A stretch of DNA of 57,178 nt, filler included, from Sphacelaria rigidula (GCA_964200075.2; 7 parts of 7 records of this genome joined end to end with filler, not necessarily neighbours in it), one strand, 5' to 3'. Positions 1-13,600 are shown, numbered from the whole stretch's first letter. Translations and numbers: made by a program. Notes: generated by a model not told the origin, from the letters alone.

Positions 1-210
1 GGTCAAACGACTAAGGCAAGCAACAAATGAGTACGCCCCCCCCCCTACTACCATAGAGTCTCGCCCCTCAACGAGAGAAACTGATTTTCCTTCACCCAGT
101 AGCGGAGTTGATGCGCATGCTACGGTGGAGTCTTCACCGACACTTGCCCGGCCTGTTTTCGATTAATCTGATTCCGCTACTATCAATGGGTATGACTAAT
201 CGCCCACTAC

Positions 211-600
211 TTGGAGTGTGTCTTCGCGTCCCTCTGTCGGCGCACCCTCGACTGGTATAATTACGCCGCGTGCCCCTACTGAGAGTGTGTCTTCGCATCC
301 TTCTATCGGCGCACCCCCGACTAGTCTAGTTTCGTTGCGTGCCCCCACTGAGACTGTATCCTCGCATCCTTCAGTCGGCGCACCCACGCCTAGTGTAATT
401 CCGTCGCGTGCCCCTTCTGAGACTGTGTCCTCGCATCCTTCTGTCGGCTCACCTCCAACTAGCGTAGTTTCGCCGCGTGCCCTCACTGAGAGTATGTCTT
501 CGCGTCCTTCTGTAGCGCGGCGCACCCCCGATTACTGTAGTTTCACCGCATGCCCCTACTGAGAGTGTGTTTTCGCATCCTTCTGTCGGCGCACCCCCGA
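211..600. repeat. 69-bp minisatellite (~6 units)
   Basis: Unit TGAGAGTGTGTCTTCGCATCCTTCTGTCGGCGCACCC... starts at 280, 349, 418, 487 and 560. It explains the 23-aa repeats in ORFs 196..525 and 218..562. Confidence 0.92.
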
Positions 601-1699
601 CATATGCCAGATCTGTTTTCGATTACTTCAATTCGTCGCCCTTCGGTGTAAAGTCGGATCCACGTACGGCTGTAGAGTCGCGTTTCCTCACGAGCGATTG
701 ATTCCGCTTCTATAGTAGAATTTGATCTCCCTATTACTGTAGAGTCTCCCCCCGTTTCCACTCAGTCTGATTCCGTGCGTGCTATGGTAGAGTCTTCACC
801 GACAACTGCCCGGTCTGTTTTCGACGAGTCTGACTCCCGGCATTCTACTGTAGAATTTTCACCCGCGCATGATGCGCCCACTGTTGCTGTAGCGTCTCGT
901 TCCCGTACTAAGGAAGTTGTTTTTTAAAGTGAACCCCCGAGTGAGAGAAGACGTACTTTATACGGTTCCCCCTGTGTTGGCTCACGCCAAATTTTCGCCG
1001 AAGGCGCTATATATTCCCCGCTCGGTTTCACTGTCCAGCCCGCTTTCGCTACAAGTCTTATGTCTAACGCCTCAGGTTTTGGTATCCAGTCCGCTTCCCC
1101 GGCAAGCCGTGTATCTTTTGTGCGACCTGTTCCGCGTATACAGCTTCTGCAACCACCGCCGATACCGCTTGCCGGAAGGGGGGTTGTGAAGCTAGTACCG
1201 TTGCCGACCCGCCGGCATCCCCACAGCCGCTGATTAACGCGGTAAAATCCGAGCCATCGCCGCCACCGTCATTTGGACATCATGCTGTATCGCCGCCGCA
1301 CCGACGCATCATTGCGCCGACAACATCATACCATACTGTCTGGTCGCCGAGATCACATCATTCTGTCCCGCCGCCGCCACGACGCCTTGCCGAACCGACA
1401 CCATTTTTACCCACCACCACGACACAACATCAACGTATTTTCTCCACTGCTGCGCCGCCGCTACCATAGTTTCTACTCACGGCCGCACCACAATACCTAC
1501 ATGTCCCTACTACCGCTGCGCCGCCGTCACCATCTCTATTCACCGCCGCGCCACAACAACCATGTTTTCCCACTACAATTCCGAATCCGACGCACTGATG
1601 CCAACACCACTGCCGCCACCACCGACACAATCGGCAAAACATTTTCATGCGTGGCATCGTCGGCGCCGGTGGAACGGAGCAGGTGAGCGGCGCCCATGG

Positions 1700-2850
1700 G
1701 TTGGAGCAGGGGAGTGATGCAGGTGGAGTGGAGCAAGTATGAGGTGCCGATTTGATGGAGCATGGGGGCGCGTGACCATGGAAGAATGCAAAATGCGGAG
1801 ATTGATTTTGGAGGATGTATACTCCAAATGTGGCCATGTCAAGTGTTTGTTTCTTGACAGCTCCAGCTTGATAGTAGCTTCATCTTTCGCGTAAATTTGA
1901 TTCTGGATAAGGCTTTCGATCATTAGATTTGAGTTAAAGCGCATTAATGTGACTACTGTCCGCCCGCAGTGATTTGACTGGTGGCCATCAGATTTGCAAC
2001 AGTAATTGGCATGCTTCACAAGGCTGTTTCGGGATTTGTTGAGGATTGTTTCGCGTGAAAATAACTGGCGCGCATCAAAACCGCGTGGAAATCCAGGCTC
2101 TCGACTTTGATCTTACGTGGGGGTGGCGGTATGATACTTTGTACTATATTGTACATTTATCCATAGTCCGATTTGAGTTCGGGTGTTGTGATTCAGTCTC
2201 GGGTTTTAGTATAACCCAGATGACAAGATAGTTTGAACTTTGATCTCCTGTGGGGATGGCGGTATGACACTTTGCACTGCATCGTACATTTTGCCACAGT
2301 TCGATTTGATTGTTGTGATTCTCTCTCGGTTTCAAGTATCACCGAGATGCCGACATGATTAGAATCTTCCGCTCCATCTGAGTTTGACTTTCGACATGAG
2401 ATTCAAGCGTTTCGAACCAGGTGCTGTGGTCACGACGGGGGTCAGGGGATCGATCGATTTGACAACATCAACCTTTGGATGGTTCATGGCATATGACGGA
2501 TTATTATGGGTTTATTTAGTTTATTGAACTTGGATTCTGGGACATACTTTTGTGACGTATGTTGGGAAAAACATGCCCCGAGATTTGATGTCTTATGCTC
2601 CCGAAAATGGGCAAGTGATATAGGATGAGGGGGGCAGATCAATCAGGAGATGATTCTACTTGATGGTTTTGAAGTTTCCTCGCTGAGTCTTTCAATCTTC
2701 ACGACATTTGAGTTGTGAGCATTTATCTGATTTTATTGGATAAAACTAAGAATTTTCCTACGTGATGATGTGACCAGGGCTAAGCCTCGACAAGGGGGGC
2801 TATCAGAATATTGCCGACCTGAACCCTAGTGCACACGCACTTGGGGTAAT
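1700..2850 (-). mobile_element. Decayed Ty1/copia-like gag remnant
   Basis: Broken frames read ...IRHKKYVPESKFNKL... and IYAKDEATIKLELSRNKHLTWPHLEY, resembling the copia gag (Retrotran_gag_2-type) end. Many stops and frameshifts; includes a ~130-bp tandem duplication at 2105-2350. Confidence 0.45.
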
Positions 2851-3056
2851 TCGGGTTCACTATGATGCTTGTTGAAGGTATACCGGATTTTGCGACAGGT
2901 ATGGTGTAATGGTTGAATGTATGAGATATAGGGGGATGCACGTTGCATGCATGCCCACAAGCCGCACTTCACTATTTGCATACTGCATATCTACATTGGT
3001 GGCGTGAACGCAGCTCGAGTGGAGTTTGCACGGTTGATGTTGGGTGAGTGAAGGAG

Positions 3057-3492
3057 CACGGGATCTTACAAATTGGAGATGGATATTTTTGGGGGGATGA
3101 GAAACCGGGAGAATGAAAATCTTCGTATCCACACCAAATCTTCGAAAGATGGTCCCATTTCTTCATCTACTGATAGCTATTGACAACTTCTCCACGCCAT
3201 TGAATTTGGATTTCGATCACGGAAATGTTGGGGTCCTAGGTGAAAACCAATTTTGGGGAATTTCGGGCGTCCGAACGGAAGCCCAAATGGTTCCGAAATT
3301 GGTTTTTCACCTAGGACCCAACAATTCGGTGCTCGCAATCCAAATTTCAACGACGCGTAGCAGTTGTCAATAGCTATCAGTAGGTGAAGAAATAGAACCA
3401 TATTCCGAAGATTTGGTGTGAATACGAAGATTTTTATTCTCCGGGTTTCTCATCCCCCCCAAAAGGTCCATCCCCAATTTGTAGACCCCGCG
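3057..3492. mobile_element. Fold-back / palindromic MITE-like element (~215-bp arms, almost no loop)
   Basis: Left arm ...CTTCATCTACTGATAGCTATTGACAAC...GGTCCTAGGTGAAAACCAATT is the reverse complement of right arm AATTGGTTTTTCACCTAGGACC...GTTGTCAATAGCTATCAGTAGGTGAAG. The centre is TCCGAACGGA near 3275. Confidence 0.88.
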
Positions 3493-5464
3493 TTAAGGGC
3501 ATAAGAGATTGATGACAAGAGTCACTACACATTCCCCTCTGTCCAGAGCGCCTCATTTAAGGGGCCTTCATTGATTCATGACAGAGGACTTACAACACTC
3601 TCGGTGCGCCTTGTTCGGGTAAACACGGTGTCAAGCAGTAATTAACACGGTGTCTTAATGATAACAAACATTTTTGAACAACGGTTGCTGCTTTTAACGA
3701 CGATATGGCGTGGAATTCTCGTGCCAAAAACCCGAACATACCCCGCTCCCTACCCCCCCCCCCCCCCCCCGGCGCGATCATGCTTGCAATGGTCTGATGA
3801 CTATGGCAAGCATGATCATGAGTACACCCCGGCGCGCTCTCTCCACAAAGAACATGAATAAACACTATTAAAATCTGACCACCCAAATCACAACAGCTGA
3901 CATATTCCGAACGTCAACTCAACGGTTAGTTACTGTATTCAATGAGGTCCTAGTGAACCTTTGTCTCTTGGTTCGGGTGCGCGGGCTGTGCAAGCCATCT
4001 CGTGACTTTTCCCACCAAATGTGATTTTCGACGCCGGGTACAGAAGTATGTGGTTTGCATTGAAATAATACGAAAGGGATGCTATTGTCGATTTCAAACG
4101 CCCTGCATACTGCCGCGCAAAGGCGTCATCGCGAAAGCTCCGCCGATCGAATGTCCGTGGAGAATCTGACGATCACTATTGTATGCAACTCACAGTCATA
4201 AGCTTTTATCGAGGTATCTCAATGGACATGGGATAAAAAAAAGTGGTCGTTTGACAAGGATCGTGAGCGTCACCCTACCCCACCCCTTAAAATACAGGTA
4301 TATTCAAAATACTGCTGTTCAACGCGGCAGCAACTCAGGAAATTGACCACATACCGTGTACGTGTCTGTATGTGAGAGATAGAGAAAGAGAGAGAAGAGA
4401 GAGCTAAGAGAAGGAGGGTGTGTACACTAGCCGTGTGAACTCGGTGCTGCTGAAAAGCGCCGTAATTCTTCCGGGACTATCGCGTATGGAAAGCTGTGTA
4501 TGAGCTTGTGCTGAAAAGCGATGCAGTTCATCCGGGACTAACAAGGGTTTCGTGAGATTGAGAGTAGAGGATACGATTGATAATGAAAAGCGGTCAGTTA
4601 GTCAGTGAATCATTTCAGTTCCGAAATGTCCCTCCACGAGGCCCGATATGCCTTCTGCTCAAGAATTTCATGTTGCATAACATATGTGAGTCAATGTTCA
4701 GTAGCATCAAGCCCAAAATACGGAGGCGTTGTTCACTGAGTAACAGGCGGGACATTATGCGGGACAATAGGAAACGGTTGGAGTTGTCGTGCAGCCTTCG
4801 AGAGTCCTGTGATGTGACGATTGTTCTGGAAAGATATCATTGACTAGTAGTCGAAGGTCAGTCAAGAGCTCGCCAGATGAATATATTTGGCGGTTGGATA
4901 CGGTTTCTAGATTTGGCGGAGCATGCCACAGTGAGAGTTCCCGAGAAAGATTTCTAATATGGGAATACCGATTGATTGTTCGAGAAGGTAGCAAAGTAGC
5001 GTAGCGATCTTCGTTGTGACCATCCCACATGGTCTCACTCTTCATCACTATTCTCTCCACTTCTCTTCTTGAGGTTCTCCCCGTGTGGGAAGCTTTGTCC
5101 ATTTGTTTGGGATCTGCTACATGGATAAGTAATAATAAATATACATTCGTGTTCAGAAACCTGCGGTGTTCACTCCTGAGACAAGGTCAGCATCATGAAG
5201 CTGCCTGCACCAACCTCTGCAGTCACCTGCCAAGAGGAGTACAACTGTCTCCACGACTACCATATTCCTCAGCATTCTGTAGTAGCCTACGCTGCTGAGG
5301 CCCTTGATATCGCCGAGTAGGTGCCGACGTATAGCTATAAACACATGCCAGTGATTAAGGCGAAGAAAAGCACAAACGGAACGAAAAAATGGCCAAGTTA
5401 CAGCGAATGACCAAAGCCACTCTCAATCAGCGCTCCACTCTCAATCTCACCGTACGTTGTTGAA

Positions 5465-6170
5465 CATTAAACATCCTGTTGACAGGGGGATAACCGAAGG
5501 CTTGACAGACAAGTCAACACAATCAAACGTGAACCTGAGTTTAATGCGTGAGAGGACCGCGTGCTTAGAGGACCGCATCGGAATTTGAACATCCCCATGG
5601 TTAGGGCTNNNNNNNNNNGTTGTGAAAAACATCGATCCTGCGGTGTTGTGAACTACGGCGCGGTCCTCTAAGCACGCGGTCCTCTCACGCATTACACTGA
5701 GGATCGCATTGCCCTCCCAAACCAAAACACACTGCTCCATTCATTGCTGCTCATCAGCTGAGCATGCTCTGCGTGACCTTGCTCAAATCAATTCAGGATT
5801 CTATGAGAAAATGATTATTAGCGTGAGACGCGCGCATAGCACACGCTCAAAAACAGTCAGCAACGGCACGTTTTCGGTTGCTATTTGACACGCACGCGGC
5901 CGCCTCTCATCCAGTACCGGACGGAATGTCGTCAAACAAAGGCTGTCGTGTGTGGATGATGAAGAGCTAGTGCTTGAGCGAATGCGCGTGAGTGGGGGGT
6001 GTCTATGCGTCGGTTTCCGTGGCTCGGTGTGTCGGCGCTATCTTTTATGTTACCTCGTTGCGTCTTGTCCGCAGCAGTACAGAGATAATGGACTGACGGC
6101 ACTCCCAGAACCGCCGCATTTTTTACCTGTGTGTAGGTATGGGCTCGATCTGGACAAACCTGCTTGTTGA
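5465..6170. repeat. Unclassified interspersed repeat; second copy at 7473-7935, inverted fragment at ~29820-29965
   Basis: AACATCC(T/C)GTTGACAGGGG...CTCATCAGCTGAGCATGCT...GGCTCGGTGTGTCG...TACCTCGTTGCGTC is shared between copies. Confidence 0.85.
5540..5696. mobile_element. MITE family A copy (TGT..ACA TIRs, 5-bp TSD CTGAG)
   Basis: TIR T(G/T)TAATGCGTGAGAGGACCGCGTGCTTAGAGGACCGC; CTGAG at 5535-5539 and 5697-5701. The empty-site paralogue GTGAACCTGAGGATCGC is at ~7535-7551. Confidence 0.93.
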
Positions 6171-6249
6171 CAATCGCCAGGGCGGGGTCTCATCAGAAGT
6201 GTTCATCACTTTTCAAGAAATCACTTTTGTGGTGAGCCGAGCTCTCGGA

Positions 6250-6730
6250 GGCTTTATATTTTTGAACTGAAACAGTTCTAGTTTGAAAATATGGAAGTAT
6301 GCATGGGGGAATCGGGGTAAAACATGATAATATTCTTTGTCCGGAGTACAGAGATCGTATAGTGGTAGTTGAAGGTTACGCAAGCATAGTTCTGGCTACG
6401 GGCTATAAGCGGACTGACGTATTCTATATTGAAGTAATAAAAGTCCAGAAAAACTTGTATCCCGGATCGGAAGGTCAGAGAGGTAGGAGTATGTTGAAGT
6501 TTAGGTTCAAGAAGCAGGATATCCTCTTGTCATGTATCGGACGACGTGCAGAACCAAAGGGTATGACTCTAGCAGCTAGCTGCTACGGTAGAGTCATACC
6601 TTTTGTGCAGAACAAACTAGCTGTTGGATGTACTCTGGGGCGGAAGAGTGGGTTCTTTGTTCCTCCTGTGAATCTGGAATAATTTTATTAATTTTTCCTC
6701 AGCAAGCATATAAACATAATGGTTTGTAAT
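6250..6730 (-). mobile_element. Possible decayed GIY-YIG endonuclease fragment (Penelope-like)
   Basis: Frameshifted reading NHYVYMLA...FTGGTKNPLFRPRVH resembles YVYxL...YxGxTxNxxxRxxxH. Heavily degenerate. Confidence 0.3.
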
Positions 6731-8001
6731 ACGATAAATAAATTTAATTAATTAATTAATTAATTGGATGGATGAATGGATGGATGGATGGATGGTCATT
6801 TGATTTATTTTTTTGAGCCAGGGAAAGACAATATGCAAGGAAAGGGGGCGAAATGCTACTAATCCCGAACTAAAGATAGATACGGTATATCGCCTCCCTC
6901 TCGAGTAGCATTTTTACATCCTGGTGCCCCTTATGCACCGCACGCCCATAAAACATCCGACACTTGTACGCGTGTAAGTGCAAGAAACGCATTCTGCCAT
7001 CCTACATGCGATTACCCAGATACTACTTCCCCGCTGGGTGGGAGGGATGGGAAACGAAATCGCCTGCTGCGCTGCTTCACGATTTGGCTGAATAGATGCC
7101 GTACTGTACTGTTGTTTTACTACGTCCTCGTGCGCCTCCCTTCATTATTCCTCTTCTTATATGGTACCACTCATTTTCCCGACTACGCTGTATGCGATTC
7201 CTGCTTCGCTGTAATCCGACAGCTTGATCCGTTGCAATATGTGACGATTCGTACCGATACACAAACCGCGGATCCCGCTATACGCTCCGATCCTTCCTTT
7301 AGAGTTGACGTCACAGGTTGGTTGTCAAGTACGACAGAAGGGGTGAAGATACACAAGGGTGAGGGCAGAAGGTATTCTCTGCACCTACATAGCACATAGA
7401 TAAAAAAAACACTTGATGAAATCACTCTTGCACTTTTGCCAAAGTGATGTTGTGACTCCTCGAAGGGGAGCATGAAACATCCCGTTGACAGGGGCATAAC
7501 CGAAGGCTTGATGGACAAGTCAACACAATCAAACGTGAACCTGAGGATCGCATTGCCCTCCCACACCAGAACATACACCGCTCCATTGATTGCTGCTCAT
7601 CAGCTGAGCATGCTGTGCATGACCTTGCTCAAATCGGTTCGGAATTCAGTGAGAAATGACGATTTGCGTGAGACGCGCGTATAGCACACGCTCAAAAACA
7701 GTCGGCAACAACACGTTTTCGGTTGCCATTTGACACGCACGCGACCGCCTTTCATCCAGTGCTGGACGGATTTCCGTCGAACAAAGGCTGTCGTGTGTGG
7801 ATGATGAAGAGCTATCGCTTGAGAAAATACGCGTGAGTGATGGTTGTCTATGGGTCGGGTTTTGTGGCTCGGTGTGTCGACGCTGTGCTACCTCGTTGCG
7901 TCCTGTCCGCAGCAAAACAGAGATATGGACTAAGGGCCTGTCTTAACGAAGGGGATCATCCCCTTTTTGAAAAACGACCGCTGATTGGTCGCTGCGATAT
8001 C

Positions 8002-8040
<39 letters not shown>

Positions 8041-8084
8041 CCCCACCACCCCCCCCCCCCCCCCGCGTTGTGTGGCTCCTCTGC

Positions 8085-8184
8085 NNNNNNNNNNNNNNNN
8101 NNNNNNNNNNNNNNNNNNNNNNNNNNNNTTAATTAATTAANNNNNNNNNNNNNNNNNNNNNNNNNNNNNNNNNNNNNNNNNNNN
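8085..8184. other. Artificial contig spacer (N44-TTAATTAATTAA-N44); identical spacers at 16268-16367, 24451-24550, 32633-32732, 40815-40914, 48997-49096
   Basis: Six identical 100-bp spacers containing an all-frame-stop linker separate contigs of non-increasing length (8084 to 8082 bp). Confidence 0.98.
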
Positions 8185-10196
8185 CCCTGGCATGGTTTTC
8201 TTGGCGCCTGGAGAAAGCAGAGGATGGCGCCTTCTCTCACCTACGTACACCCGTTTTGAGACTACGAAAAGAAATTTCTTCAGAATCTATTTATATTCGT
8301 CGGGTTTAGGGTAACACTTTGTCTACCTACAGTCAGTCACAATTAGTTATATGGGCTTCTAAGAGGGGAGCAACAGTATGCGCGATGAGGAAAATACAAC
8401 GGGACAGCTGCTGCTGTGGGCGTGGTAACGTGCTGAAGCGCTTGACAACATGGCCATCTATGTTAAGCATCAGACATGTATGTCAGTACGTCGTATACTT
8501 GTCCGTCAGTAGTTTCGTGTGGCCAATAGAATCGTGTCTTCTCAGCACGCGTGACACATCCCACATCATTTCCCTTGATTGTTGTGCGAAGCTTGCCAAA
8601 ACAATACACGGCATGTCCTCATGGGTATGTCTTCTCTTAGCTGCGCTCCTTGAAACCTGACCCAAGCTGTCTCAGAGAAGACGTTTTTGGTCTGCGCTCG
8701 ACGGCGTGGGCCACAAATGAAACGCCAAGTAATCCACATGTGACGAGAACGCCCTTGTTCGTCGTGGAGCCGTATCTCGCCTGAGGCAAAAGGTAATGGT
8801 GGCCTCGGCAAAATGAAGGACGATCTGAAAATCGAAGGCAGCACCCCTCCCCACAGTGCGCATCGACTGCACATCACAAAGAACGCGCCGCAGCTCACGG
8901 CTTACAGTACGCCAGCCCCCATGTGGACCACGCCAGCAGCAGCTAAGGCACGGCCAGAGGTATCTTGTTTCCCTAGGCATACCAAGACAGTCTCCATGGT
9001 CGTGGGTTCTACACTGCATGACCCTAACCGTGATCTGCTTTCATTGCTGTCATCGCAGCAGCCCACCAAATACTAATGCATTATACTTCTTACGAAAATA
9101 CCCCCTCCCCACCGCCGACTGGGTATGCTGCCGCAGCCGTTGTTGCTCGCACTTGTGTGCGTCGGAACGGTGGCTGGGGCAGGAGCATCGCCCTGTTTTT
9201 CGGCGACGCGCACTGTAGCGCACAGAGGCACATAGTGTCCGAAACGAGAGGCAGAAAATAATCAATATTTACACTGGTCAGCGCGCCAGACAATATACTG
9301 CGGCATTTGGGTGTATCCTGCCACACCTGCTTAGCATTAAACACAAGTGCACAATGCGAAAGGGCGTTCGTCGTTCCAGCTATTTACCCCAAAATGGGGA
9401 GACTCCAGAAGCAGGTCCAACCTCACCGCAATATTTACTTGTTTTCGAGGAGACAGACCCTCTTCATACGTACCGTCATTAAAATGCCCAAATGGCTCAT
9501 TCCTGAACTAGTATTCACCGTTCTGTGTTGATAGAAACGAAATTGCACACCATGCAAGTACAGATAGAAAAAAAAAAACATGATACGGCGCTGTGGCGAA
9601 CTATTTACGCCCAATAATACACGCAGGGACAACCCTCCCACGAGTGCTTGCACGCAAAAATGAGACGTACGATACTACACGGCGCGCCATAACCATCCGG
9701 TCGTACAATACTGTACGATGAATACTCGGCCCCCAATATGTCTCCCTGTCTCATCATAGGGCTGCGGCTTCGACCAACACTCAGCGACATGTTTTGCAAC
9801 ATTTACTGAAGACCCTGCCCGCCACTACAGTAAGAGCCGACCAGTGGATACCCTTAGACACGGCACGTGGCAAAAGTATTCCTCAAACGAACCTCCAACA
9901 AAGCTCACACCTTGGACAATGCATGATCAATGATTGCAATAGACAAGTGTACCGCGCAAAGTATAAGCATGTTGCAACTATCGTCGGTCGACAATAGGTG
10001 CAATATGCCTATACCCTACGCGGTACACTTAATATCAATTGCAGCTATTGGTCATATATTGCCCAAGGCGTGAAAAAATGTGAAAAAAGCTAAAACTTGT
10101 TTAGCTAAAATCATTATACATGCACGGTCAGAGGTTGAGGACCACGAATACGCCGTGCGTTATGATTGGGGGAAGTAGTGCTTGCAAACACAGAAC

Positions 10197-10325
10197 ACTT
10201 ACTACTACTACTGCTACTGCTACTGCTACTACTACTACTACTACTGTTGCTGCTGCTGTTACTACTACGACCACTACTACTACTAATCCACGACGACGAC
10301 AATGACGATAATTACTACGACTACA
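10197..10325. repeat. Compound (CTA/CTG/CGA)n microsatellite
   Basis: Directly visible trinucleotide run. Confidence 0.95.
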
Positions 10326-10535
10326 ACAAAGTACAAACAAAATTCTGCGTGAGAGGTGGGCGTCATCCGAAGGCCGCACACCCTCACTCCTGATTCTGAC
10401 TTCACAGAAAACAAAATTTGGCATCATCATCTCCACAATCAAGACATGGATGAGCCTAAACTAAACACGCTAACTACTGCTTCTTCAAAACCGAGGACTT
10501 GGTCTGTTGTGCGTGCGTCTACTACCACGGCTCAC

Positions 10536-10628
10536 CTGCCACTCGACGTAGCCTGTGTGCAAATCGCGGCTGAGAGCCTTGTCCACGAACATTCGTTGCA
10601 GCTTCGATGTATACTCGAACCCCGATAT
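10536..10628 (-). CDS. Cullin exon (ISGFEYTSKLQRMFVDKALSRDLHTGYVEWQ)
   Basis: Acceptor TGTAG and donor GTGAGC; 93 bp. Not in the supplied ORF track. GFEYTSKLQRMF is typical of CUL1/CUL2. Confidence 0.92.
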
Positions 10629-13600
10629 CTACAAGGATCAATTTTTTCACCCGAGACATGACCACGCAATACGCGAGGAGATCACCCACGATCATTCGCA
10701 CAGCGACGGGGCAAGAAATGCCACAAAAACGAGGCGCGCCGGTTGATCGGGGGTAGTTAGCAGGGTCGGAGGGGGGACTGAGGTGTCAAAACAATTTGAG
10801 GACTCTGGGTGACTGGCAACAACAAATCTGTGGTATATCAATCACGGGGGTGTCTCGACACAGACGTCAAACAATGATTATCCCTCCATCAGTACGGAAG
10901 ACGAGCAAGTATTGAAATAAAGAATCGCCATGAAGGAAAAAGACTGGTAAATTCGACTGACCCGTAGAAAAACAAAAACACGCAGCCACGCGTACTTTTG
11001 AAAAAAAATAATGAAGAAAATCTAAAATTCGACTTGAACTTGTGTGCGTTTGTCTCACATGGTGATTTTTTCGTCTCGATCCAAGTTCGACCTTGTACTG
11101 TATTTCGAGGACGATCGTAGGATGCAAATGACGGCGACGGCTCCTCCAGTAGGAGTACATACCTTGCGCATGTTCTTGAGCATGCGCTCCTCCGCTTCAT
11201 CCGAGACAGAGGTCAGCTGTATGATGCGCTTCGAAAGCAGCTTGGAGTAGTACTTGTGGAAAATGTCTTTGTCCCCGATGTAGGCGAACAGGAATCCCAC
11301 GTGGTCCAGGCTCTCTTCCCTCGTGTCTTCGTCCACTTTAGATTCTTTGAATCCCTGTCATTTTGTTAATTATAGTGTGGGATTTCGGTTCATCATCCGT
11401 CGCAACGCGGTGGTCAAAGTGGCAAACCACCAGACAGCTAGGACGCAAGGGCACGGGTTCAAATCCGACAAGCGTGGTCTTTTCGAGAATAATCTGATTT
11501 CCCCCGTTAAAAGCGTGAGGGCGCGATCACAAGTAACAGAACAAAATCGACGAGAGTCAACGAGGTGTGGGAGAGCGCAAGTCAAAATCCAGTCTCCGGT
11601 GATAAAATGCCAGCCACGTGGAGAGGGAGATGTGAGCTGATCCTTTTCGACTACGGACTCCTCCCGAGGAACGGCAGGGATTCAAATTATTTCATATAAA
11701 TATATGTGTGTGGGTACCCGCGTTGGTAATATAGAACGACATGCGGCAACGAACAGATGAAAACAGAAAATACGCACACAAATAACACGCATCAAGGTAT
11801 GAAACTCACGCGTTTTTGTCTCAGACCCAACTTTCGTTTGGGTACCAGTGCACGCAATACAGACTGTTGTATTCGACGTGCGCAAAGCACAAATGGAGTA
11901 CTTCACAGCTAGGAATATAGAGAAAAGAACGATGGATATTTCAGCAGCACAAAGCAAAAATATTAAGACGAAGCAGTACATGAAACCTTCCCCATATATG
12001 CGCAAAAATAGACACACAGGGCGGGGGGGGGCGGGGGGGGGGGATGTTGTAAAACAAATTTTATTCGAGACGAAAAACGTGGAGGAAGAGCAGTGCCCAA
12101 CATTTTGGCATTCCTACACGCCGACACGTCCTCTCCTTGCACAAGCTCCACCATCACCGCAACTCCACCAACCTCCTCCTCACGAGCTCACGAGACTGCG
12201 GTTTGACCCCTCGTTCGTTCCACTACTCTTGTGCACAACCTGCCCCCCATCCTGTAAAGGGGTGGCGGGGAAGACGGTCCCTACGAACCTTGTCTAGCAA
12301 GCAGTGAGCGTAGCGTGCTAACCACTCCGGCGCTCGCGGCACGGCGTTAACGAAGGACTTGCAGGCCTCGTCTAAAACGGCAGTGAACCCCGGTGATCCA
12401 TCGAACGAGTCCGCCATCAACCCCTTATAATGCTCGTACACCTTCGGCACAGGAAAAGGGGCGATTTGAGCACCAGGATGGCGAGCGGGGCGGGGGAGGG
12501 GGGTGTACTCATGATCATGCTTGCCATAGTCATAAGACGGGGCGGGGGGGGGGGAGGTGGGACTGGCGATTCTTCACAGAGCAAAATTGGACACGCCAAA
12601 TACGCCTTTCACGAATACACAGGCAGGTACACACACCACGTCACTATATACATGAAGATCTGAAAGTATTCGAGCGGGAGGATCACTTACAAGCTAGCTC
12701 AGAGTTATGCATTTTGCATGAGACATGGCAAGGTGCGTCAGTGCTGCTCATTTCATCAACGTCACGCACGCGCGCTACCTCGAGCATGGCGGTGACGACA
12801 TCATCGCTGCTGCAGCGCTTCGTGCCGCCGGTGAGAGGGTCTTCCTTGCCGCCCTCGTCGTCCGAAACGTCCATGCCGCCCTTCGCCTGAAGGTCCTTCA
12901 CAACACCAAGCCCGACATTGCGGACATGATCGCGTACCACCTGCTTCGTGATTACGGGCATGAGCAACAACAACAACAACAACAACAATGTTCAGGCAAG
13001 GCACTCTCAAAATCTTCTGTTTCTGTTTGCGTCGGATCACCGTTGCCGCCGGTTACGCACGAGAGGGTGGAATGGGGCGATACGAGAGAGTCTGGCGGGT
13101 CGGGGTGCTGATCAAAAACGAAGTGAACTGGCGTCGCCGTGCGTGAACTAGAATAAATCACTCTTGATGACCCCATGTGACGTGTAAGAAATGAGATTAG
13201 CTCACTACCGTAAGCCGGCGGGTCTTGGCATCCCTCGGGGTCTTGGCATACATCGCGGGCTGGGCACAGGGGTGCGGAAAAGCAAGAATCAAATGATGCA
13301 ATTTGATTATCGCACAGGTATTGTCGTCATCACACCCGTCTGCGATGACCCTGGAAAAACCCAGCTCCGGGATGTGAGGTCAAGTGCTACCACGAGTTGT
13401 TTCTGGGACACTTCGTGCGCCGGAATATTGCGGGAGTTTCCCTCGTGGGCTCTATTGCTGTAGTTATCGCCGTGATGCTGCACATGCGGACATGAAGGTG
13501 TCTTGATTGAATTGGTGAGCGGTATCTACCCAACCAAGGATCCAGAAACACCATACGTACTGCAACTAACAGCTACTTACCAAGTCTAGTGACGGAAAAT

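Noticed and set aside
3790-3825. Hammerhead ribozyme (CTGATGA) in family C; also CTGATGA at 36891
   Set aside because: No stem II followed by GAAA, and other family C copies do not keep CTGATGA.
8185-9200. Further downstream cullin exons (e.g. ~9100-9192 or ~8185-8238, minus strand)
   Set aside because: Plausible AG acceptors exist, but the translations lack the expected VxVLTxGxWP / GRKLxW motifs.
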